DNA from: an uncultured Gemmatimonadales bacterium
GTDB lineage: Bacteria; Gemmatimonadota; Gemmatimonadetes; Longimicrobiales; RSA9
Direction: 5' to 3'
Length of the DNA: 64,000 bases
Assembly: GCA_963708135.1 (NCBI GenBank)
Contig: OY970192.1
Location: 5,056,001-5,120,000 of the forward strand
The position numbers and the translations under genes are program-made. Shown here in pieces: positions 58,008-64,000 of this stretch (position 1 is the stretch's first letter; every line of letters starts with the position of its first letter). A model generated the notes under the pieces. It saw only the letters and a program-made list of their open reading frames with translations, was not told the DNA's origin and did no database searches.

Positions 58008-58425
58008 AGATGTCAGGCGCGAGTTCGTCCGGGATTGGATCGACAAGGCCGAACGGGATCTCGGCGCCGCTCGGCACCTGCTTTCCGGGATGGAATGGCT
58101 GGCGGCGGGCGCGGCGTTTCACGCGCAGCAAGCGGCCGAAAAATACCTGAAGGGCTTTCTGGTCTGGCATCAGGTCGAGTTCCCGAAGACCCACGACATC
58201 GCGCGCCTGCTCGAGCTGATCGGAGCGGTAGATCGGCAGCTTGCGGCATCGCTGCCCAATGCCACAAGTCTGAGCGCGTACGGAGTGGATTACCGGTATC
58301 CGGGTGATTACCCCGAGGTGTCAGCGGCGCAGGCCCGCCAGTGTGTCGAAGTCGCGAGCGCCGTTCGGGAAAAGGTGCTTGGTCAGCTCCCACGCCTAAC
58401 GGCTGAGGAGGAAGAAAGCCGGTGA
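57994..58425 (+). CDS. HEPN domain protein
   Basis: FHAQQAAEKYLKG, PKTHDI, YRYPG. Confidence 0.88.
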   Translation: MKPPEDVRREFVRDWIDKAERDLGAARHLLSGMEWLAAGAAFHAQQAAEKYLKGFLVWHQVEFPKTHDIARLLELIGAVDRQLAASLPNATSLSAYGVDYRYPGDYPEVSAAQARQCVEVASAVREKVLGQLPRLTAEEEESR

Positions 58426-61361
58426 CCCCACTCCCCTCCTTCCCCGACTTCTTCCGCGCCCTCTGGACCTACGACCCGTTCCCGTGGCAGTCCATGCTCG
58501 CGGAACGCGTTGCCGCCGGCGCATGGCCGGCCGCGCTCGACCTGCCCACGGCGAGCGGCAAGACGGCGTGCATCGAGATCGCGCTCTACGCGCTCGCGGC
58601 GCAGGCGGAGCAGCCGACCGCCGAGCGCACGGCGCCGCGGCGCGTCTGGTTCGTGGTGGACCGGCGCATCGTCGTGGACGAGGCGTTCGATCGCGCGACG
58701 CGGCTCGCCGGGAAGCTGGCGGACGCCACGAGCGGGTCCCTGAAGAGCGTCGCCGATCGGCTGCGGGAGGTTGCAGGAACGGAGCGGCCCGTGGCGGTGG
58801 CGCGGCTTCGGGGCGGGGTGTTCCGCGACGACGGATGGGCGCGGCTGCCGTCGCAGCCGGCGATCATCACGTCGACCGTGGACCAGCTCGGCTCGCGGCT
58901 CCTCTTCCGCGGTTACGGCCACGGGCTGCTCGCGGCGCCGATCTACGCCGGCCTGGCCGCGAACGACAGCCTGATTCTGCTCGACGAGGCGCACTGCTCG
59001 GTGCCGTTCCTCCAGACGCTGCGCGCGGTCGAGCGCTTCCGGGGCCCGGACTGGGCCGAGGCCCCGCTGGTCACGCCGTTCGCCTTCGCGATCCTGTCCG
59101 CGACGCCTCCCCCGGACATCCCGGCCGAGTCGGTCTTCCCCGGCGCGGATCGCGCTGCGGCGCTGGATCACGACGTGCTGCGCCAGCGGCTCCGCGCCTC
59201 CAAGCCTGCCGAGCTCGTCGTTGTGAAGGCGAAGAGAGGCGCCGCCGCGGATCCGTTGATCGCCGCGGCGATCGAGCGTGCGCTGGGCCACGTCGGGGAG
59301 GGAAAGCGCCGGATCGCGGTGATGGTGAACCGCGTCCGCACCGCCCGCGATGTCGCCGAGGGGCTCGAGGACACGCTCGGCGGGGATGCCCATGTTGTAC
59401 TCCTCACCGGCCGCCTACGTCCCTTCGACCGCGATGCGCTCGTCGAACGGTGGACCCCGTTCCTGAAGGCGGACAGGCCGGAATCGGCGGCCAAGCCGAT
59501 CGTGCTGGTCTCGACCCAGTGCCTCGAGGTCGGTGCGGACTTCAGCTTCGACGCGCTGGTCACCGAAGCCGCGAGTCTGGATGCGCTGCGGCAGCGCTTC
59601 GGCCGTCTCGACCGGATGGGCACGGCCGGAACTTCGCCCGCCAGCATCCTCGTGCGTGAGCGAGATGCGGAACCCGGGAAGGCGGAGCCGGACCCGATCT
59701 ACGGCGCCGCGATCGCGAACACGTGGACGCTGCTCGAGGCGCACGCGGTCGATGGCAGAGTCGACTTCGGAGTCGAGCCGCTGGAGGCGATGCTCGGCGG
59801 CCTCGAGGACCTGGGCCCCTGCCTCGCGCCCGCGCCTGAGGCGCCGGTGCTGCTGCCGGCGCACCTCGACCTGCTGTGCCAGACCGCGCCGGCCCCGGTG
59901 CCCGAACCGGACGTGCAGCTCTTCCTGCACGGGAAGGATCGCGGGGCGCCGGAGGTTCAGGTCACCTGGCGCGCGGACCTGGACCCGGAGCAGCCGGCGA
60001 GCGTCTGGATCGAGACCGTCGCCCTGTGTCCTCCCGTCAGCGGCGAGATGCTGTCGGTGCCGCTGTACCAGCTTCGCGCTTCCCTGGGCCACGGCGAAAC
60101 AGCGCCGGACACTGGCGACGTCGAGGGTGTTCCGGCCCCGGATGAAGCCGCAGCCCGGGGCGCCCGACCGTTCCTCCTCTGGCGCGGGCGCGGCCGTGAT
60201 CGGTCCCGTCGGACGCGTGATACGCGGCTGATCCGTCCCGGGGATGTCGTCGTCATTCCGGGATCGTACGGCGTGGGCACGCTCGGGCAGCCGCCCGTCA
60301 AGGAAGGAATCGGGCCGGACGGAATCGACCTCTGGGAGCGCGTCCTGGGGCCGGCGGGCCAGCGGTCCGCCATGCGTCTCACGCGTGCGACGCTCGCGCG
60401 CTGGTTGGGCTGGCGGCCGGTGGCGGACCTGCTCGTCGCGGTCGAGGATCCCGAGCCGGACCGGGATGAGATCGCAGCGCGAATCGCCGCGGTGGTCGCT
60501 GACCAGCCCGGGGGCGGCGAGGATGTTGCCGCGGCCCCCCCGCAATGGTGGCGCGAGCTGCTGCGGACCGTCCTGGCCGGCCGCCTGGAGGTGCACCCCG
60601 GGGGTGGGATCATCCTGTTCGCCCGCGCCAGGCCGAAACGCACCGAGGAGCCCGACCTCTTCGCGGATGACGATGACCTTGCGTCGGCGACCGGGGTCGA
60701 GGTACCGCATGACCTCCACGCCGATCTCGTCGCGCGGACCGCCGGAAGAACCGCGCGGCTGTGTCTCCCGGAAGCGCACGTTGCCGCACTGGAAAGGGCC
60801 GCGGACTGGCACGACACGGGCAAGCTCGACGAGCGTTTCCAGGTCATGCTCCACCAGGGAGATGAGCTGGCTGCGCTGCAGGCAACGGCCCCCCTCGCCA
60901 AGTCCGCGTGGATTCCCACATCTCCGGCGCACCGCCGGGAGATCCGGGAAGCCGCGCGGCTCCCCGACGGTTTTCGGCACGAGATGCTGTCCTTGGACCT
61001 CGCAGACCGGTTCGCGCCAGGGCTCGAGGGTGAGCACACGACGGACCTGTTGCTGCACCTCGTCGCGAGTCACCACGGACATGCCCGTCCCTTCGCGCCG
61101 GTCGTCTCGGACCCTGATCCGCCTCCGGTGATGGGCACGCGGCGCGATGTCGCCTTCGAGCTGAAGGCCGCCGAGCGCCGCGATCTGCCGCCCGCGCACC
61201 GGCTGGACTCCGGCGTGGCAGACCGGTTCTGGCGCCTCGTTCGGCAGCACGGGTGGTGGGGCCTCGCCTATCTCGAAGCCATTCTCCGGCTGAGCGATTG
61301 GTACGCGAGCGAGTTCGTTCCTGCTGAGCTGAAGGCTTCGGGCGAGGAGGAGGCCGCGTGA
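58422..61361 (+). CDS. cas3: Type I-G Cas3 helicase with C-terminal HD nuclease
   Basis: PFPWQ, LPTASGKT, VVDRRIVVD, DEAH, STQCLEVGAD, QRFGRLDR; HD domain WHDTGK, RHE, SHHG, LRLSD. Confidence 0.95.
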   Translation: MTPLPSFPDFFRALWTYDPFPWQSMLAERVAAGAWPAALDLPTASGKTACIEIALYALAAQAEQPTAERTAPRRVWFVVDRRIVVDEAFDRATRLAGKLADATSGSLKSVADRLREVAGTERPVAVARLRGGVFRDDGWARLPSQPAIITSTVDQLGSRLLFRGYGHGLLAAPIYAGLAANDSLILLDEAHCSVPFLQTLRAVERFRGPDWAEAPLVTPFAFAILSATPPPDIPAESVFPGADRAAALDHDVLRQRLRASKPAELVVVKAKRGAAADPLIAAAIERALGHVGEGKRRIAVMVNRVRTARDVAEGLEDTLGGDAHVVLLTGRLRPFDRDALVERWTPFLKADRPESAAKPIVLVSTQCLEVGADFSFDALVTEAASLDALRQRFGRLDRMGTAGTSPASILVRERDAEPGKAEPDPIYGAAIANTWTLLEAHAVDGRVDFGVEPLEAMLGGLEDLGPCLAPAPEAPVLLPAHLDLLCQTAPAPVPEPDVQLFLHGKDRGAPEVQVTWRADLDPEQPASVWIETVALCPPVSGEMLSVPLYQLRASLGHGETAPDTGDVEGVPAPDEAAARGARPFLLWRGRGRDRSRRTRDTRLIRPGDVVVIPGSYGVGTLGQPPVKEGIGPDGIDLWERVLGPAGQRSAMRLTRATLARWLGWRPVADLLVAVEDPEPDRDEIAARIAAVVADQPGGGEDVAAAPPQWWRELLRTVLAGRLEVHPGGGIILFARARPKRTEEPDLFADDDDLASATGVEVPHDLHADLVARTAGRTARLCLPEAHVAALERAADWHDTGKLDERFQVMLHQGDELAALQATAPLAKSAWIPTSPAHRREIREAARLPDGFRHEMLSLDLADRFAPGLEGEHTTDLLLHLVASHHGHARPFAPVVSDPDPPPVMGTRRDVAFELKAAERRDLPPAHRLDSGVADRFWRLVRQHGWWGLAYLEAILRLSDWYASEFVPAELKASGEEEAA

Positions 61362-62503
61362 CCGGCTCCGGCCAACCGACCACTGCGGTCGAGCTGACGG
61401 CGCTCGACGGCGCCAATCCTCTCGCCTTTCTCGCGGCGCTCGGCACGCTGGTCGCGCTGCATGCCGCGGGCGAGCGCAATGCGCGCCTGCGCTGGCGCGC
61501 GGGCGCGAGGTGGACGCCGGTCATCGATGCCGCGCCGTCGAGCGACCCGGACGCGTTCTGCGCAATCGTCGCGCATGCCCTCGAAGGACGGGAGGTGCCG
61601 GTGGACGCGGCCGCGGCCGCCGTGGATGCGGGCCGGCGCCACTCCCACGCGCGAAAGGCCCTCAAGGCCAAGCGGCAGGAGATCAAGGCCCGCGGGCTGA
61701 GAGGTGCGGAGCGTCGTACGGCGATGGAAAACGAGCTCACGCCGCTCGACCGCGAGGTCGCGCTGGCCCGTGCGGTGTGGCTGGAGGCGCTGCGCGCGGC
61801 CGTGGCGCGCCCCGAGCTCGCCGTGGGCGACACGATAAAGTGCACGCCCGAGGAATACCGCCGGTACGCGGATGCGGTCCTCGAGGGCTCCTCCGCGGCC
61901 GACCGCGACCCGATCGATCTGCTCGCCGCGTTCGGCACGGACGCGTGCCTCGCTCGAAAGGGCGACCTCATGGAGCCGACGCCGTTTCAGTTCATCACGG
62001 GCTCGGGCCACCAGTTCTTTCTGAGGACTGTCCGCGACCTCCTGAACGAGGTCTGCGCGGCTCGTGTCAGGGCCGCCCTCTTCGAGCCATGGACCTACTC
62101 CGACGAGAAGCTGTCAATGCGCTGGGATCCCGTGGAGGACCGGCGCTACGCGCTGTCGGACCGCAACCCTTCGGACGAGGCAGCCCGTACCGTCTGGATG
62201 GCGAACCTGCTGGCGTACAGCGGACTCGCCCTGTTCACATGCGCACCGGGCAGAGGCACGCTGCGCACCGTCGGATGGCGCCAAGTCGATGGCGACCCGA
62301 TCCTGACCTGGCCGCTCTGGCAATTCGCGGCGCGGCCGGAAACCGTCCGCTCACTTCTCGCCCTACACGAACTGTCTGAGGAACCGCCCGACCACACTGC
62401 GCTCCGGCAGCGTGGCGTCACGGCGGTGTTCCGCTCGCGACGAATCGAGGTCGGGCACGGGGCGAACATCAAGCTGAACTTCAGCCCGGCGCGCGCGGTG
62501 TAG
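61358..62503 (+). CDS. Type I-G short large subunit (Cas8g2/Cas8u2, Csb3-like)
   Basis: LDGANPLAFLAALG, FITGSGHQFFL, MRWDPVEDRRYAL, TWPLW; directly follows cas3. Confidence 0.8.
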   Translation: MTGSGQPTTAVELTALDGANPLAFLAALGTLVALHAAGERNARLRWRAGARWTPVIDAAPSSDPDAFCAIVAHALEGREVPVDAAAAAVDAGRRHSHARKALKAKRQEIKARGLRGAERRTAMENELTPLDREVALARAVWLEALRAAVARPELAVGDTIKCTPEEYRRYADAVLEGSSAADRDPIDLLAAFGTDACLARKGDLMEPTPFQFITGSGHQFFLRTVRDLLNEVCAARVRAALFEPWTYSDEKLSMRWDPVEDRRYALSDRNPSDEAARTVWMANLLAYSGLALFTCAPGRGTLRTVGWRQVDGDPILTWPLWQFAARPETVRSLLALHELSEEPPDHTALRQRGVTAVFRSRRIEVGHGANIKLNFSPARAV

Positions 62504-62730
62504 GGTTGTTGGACCGCTGCCTTGAACCAGGAGGCCCGCGAAGCGGCGGCGCCTGACGGCGCTCCGGCCTTCGTCCACACCTCTCGACAGAGAAAGCGAT
62601 CAGCCGCTCGCGCGCCACCAAGGTCTACCTCGCCCATCCAGAACGCCGAGGTGTCTTTCCGTGGTCTCGCACGAACGGCTATCTTGCTGAGTTGCGAACC
62701 GCGCGGGCCGAGAGCCAGATGGAGGCATGC

Positions 62731-62961
62731 ATGCGACGCGAATTTACGGCGGTGTTCGAGCGCGACGGCGAATGGATCGTCGCCTACTGCCCCGAGGTCC
62801 CCGGCGCCAGTGGCCAGGGGCACACCAGGGACGAGGCCCGCCAGAGCCCCAGCGAGGCCATTGCCCTGATCCTCGAGGTCCGGCGGGAGGACGGGCTGCG
62901 GGGCGTCCCGCTGGACGCGGAAGCCGAAACGATCGCCGTCGAAGTCCGCGATGTCGCCTGA
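62731..62961 (+). CDS. HicB-family antitoxin (no HicA seen)
   Basis: RBS GGAGG; FTAVFERDGEWIVAYCPEVPGASGQGHTRDEAR. Confidence 0.8.
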   Translation: MRREFTAVFERDGEWIVAYCPEVPGASGQGHTRDEARQSPSEAIALILEVRREDGLRGVPLDAEAETIAVEVRDVA

Positions 62962-63018
62962 TGCTTTCGCGGGGACCCGACGTGCGCCGTGGACCGGCTG
63001 TAAGAGCATGGAGCCTGA

Positions 63019-63366
63019 ATGAAAGAAATAGTGCCGAGTGAGAACGTCTCCCGGACCGACGCCACCATCCGCACCATGGTCAACCGCATCGTCGAGCGGT
63101 TTCAGCCGCGGCGCGTGTTGCTCTTCGGATCGCACGCGCGCGGTACCGCGACGCGGCACAGCGACGTCAACCTGCTCGTTGTATGCGACGAGATCGGACA
63201 CAAGCGCCGCCTGGCCATCGAGATCGGCCGTGTGCTCTCGGATCTGCCGATCAGTAAGGACATCATCGTCACCACGCCCGAGGAGATCAGCCGGCGAGGG
63301 CACCTGGTGGGCACGGTCCTCCGTCCCGCCCTTCGCGAGGGCAAGGTGATGTATGAGCGATCCTGA
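63019..63366 (+). CDS. Minimal nucleotidyltransferase (MNT), DxD changed to DxN
   Basis: VLLFGSHARG...SDVNLLVV. Confidence 0.85.
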   Translation: MKEIVPSENVSRTDATIRTMVNRIVERFQPRRVLLFGSHARGTATRHSDVNLLVVCDEIGHKRRLAIEIGRVLSDLPISKDIIVTTPEEISRRGHLVGTVLRPALREGKVMYERS

Positions 63367-63766
63367 GGTTCTGGCCGAAGTCGGCCGCTGGATACGATAC
63401 GCCGCGGAAGATGTGCGCTTCGCCGGAGCGGCTCTGGGGCAATCCGGGGCGATGCCGCGGCACGTCTGCTACAATGCACAGCAGGGAACCGAAAAAGCGC
63501 TCAAGGCAGCTCTGGTTTTCGAGCAGATCGAGTTTCCTTTCCGGCACGATCTGGACGCGTTGCGGAACCTTCTCCCGCAACACTGGGGCGTGAAGACCGA
63601 CCAGCCTGATCTCCGAGCGTTGAGCGAGTGGGCGGTCGAAGCCCGCTATCCGGGTGACTGGCCGGAGGCCACCCGCGAAGAGGCCGAAGCCGCGGTCCGA
63701 CAGGCGCGTGCCGTCTACGAGTCAATCGCACGGGATCTGCGCGAGCGCGGATTTTACGATGCCTGA
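63353..63766 (+). CDS. HEPN domain protein
   Basis: YNAQQGTEKALKA, FRHDL, ARYPG. Confidence 0.88.
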   Translation: MSDPEVLAEVGRWIRYAAEDVRFAGAALGQSGAMPRHVCYNAQQGTEKALKAALVFEQIEFPFRHDLDALRNLLPQHWGVKTDQPDLRALSEWAVEARYPGDWPEATREEAEAAVRQARAVYESIARDLRERGFYDA

Positions 63767-63887
63767 GGCGGCGGGTTTCTTCCGCGCGTGATGGCGCTCC
63801 CCTCCCTCCCCGCTTCCGGGCAAGAATCGCGCGCGCCAGCCAGTTGACATGCGGATAGCATGCTGACATGTGTTGCGCACGCCAAAG

Positions 63888-64000
63888 ATGATCCAGGTCC
63901 GCAACGTCCCCGACGCGTTGCACCGCAGGCTCAAGACCCGGCCCGCCCTGGCCGGGATGTCGCTCTCGGACTACTTGCTGGCGGAGCTCGAGCGGGCGGC
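63888..64000 (+). CDS. Second FitA-like RHH antitoxin (3' truncated by window edge)
   Basis: MIQVRNVPDALHRRLKTRPALAGMSLSDYLLAELERA; near-copy of the 43277 gene including its promoter. Confidence 0.7.
   Translation, partial: MIQVRNVPDALHRRLKTRPALAGMSLSDYLLAELERA

Overview
Very GC-rich bacterial DNA. The gene content (PafBC-like WYL protein, ADOP-type permease remnant) is compatible with a Gemmatimonadota/Acidobacteriota-like host, which is an inference only. 1-8.9 kb: end of a sugar-modification operon (epimerase, dehydrogenases, four glycosyltransferases, methyltransferase, apparently circularly permuted clan-A glycoside hydrolase). 9.2-15.8 kb: reductive pyrimidine catabolism operon. 16-31.7 kb: housekeeping genes (glnA, antiporter, XdhC/MocA, Mo-hydroxylase subunits) interspersed with several families of dispersed palindromic or tandem repeats, one inserted in frame in a glycosyltransferase. 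32.4-36.4 kb: head-to-tail dimer of an IS1634-family element. 42-64 kb: a defence island with many toxin-antitoxin modules and, most notably, a fused PafB-PafC-like double-WYL regulator divergent from a hybrid CRISPR-Cas operon. In that operon a type III-C (Cmr/Csx11) module and an MNT-HEPN pair sit inside a type I-G operon (csb1-csb2-[cmr1-cmr6-csx11-cmr4-cmr5-cmr3]-[MNT-HEPN]-cas3-cas8g). A perfect PafBC-type promoter motif (TGTCGG-N10-TA-N3-T) points at the cas genes. No CRISPR array, cas1/cas2/cas4, tRNA or rRNA was seen in the window.
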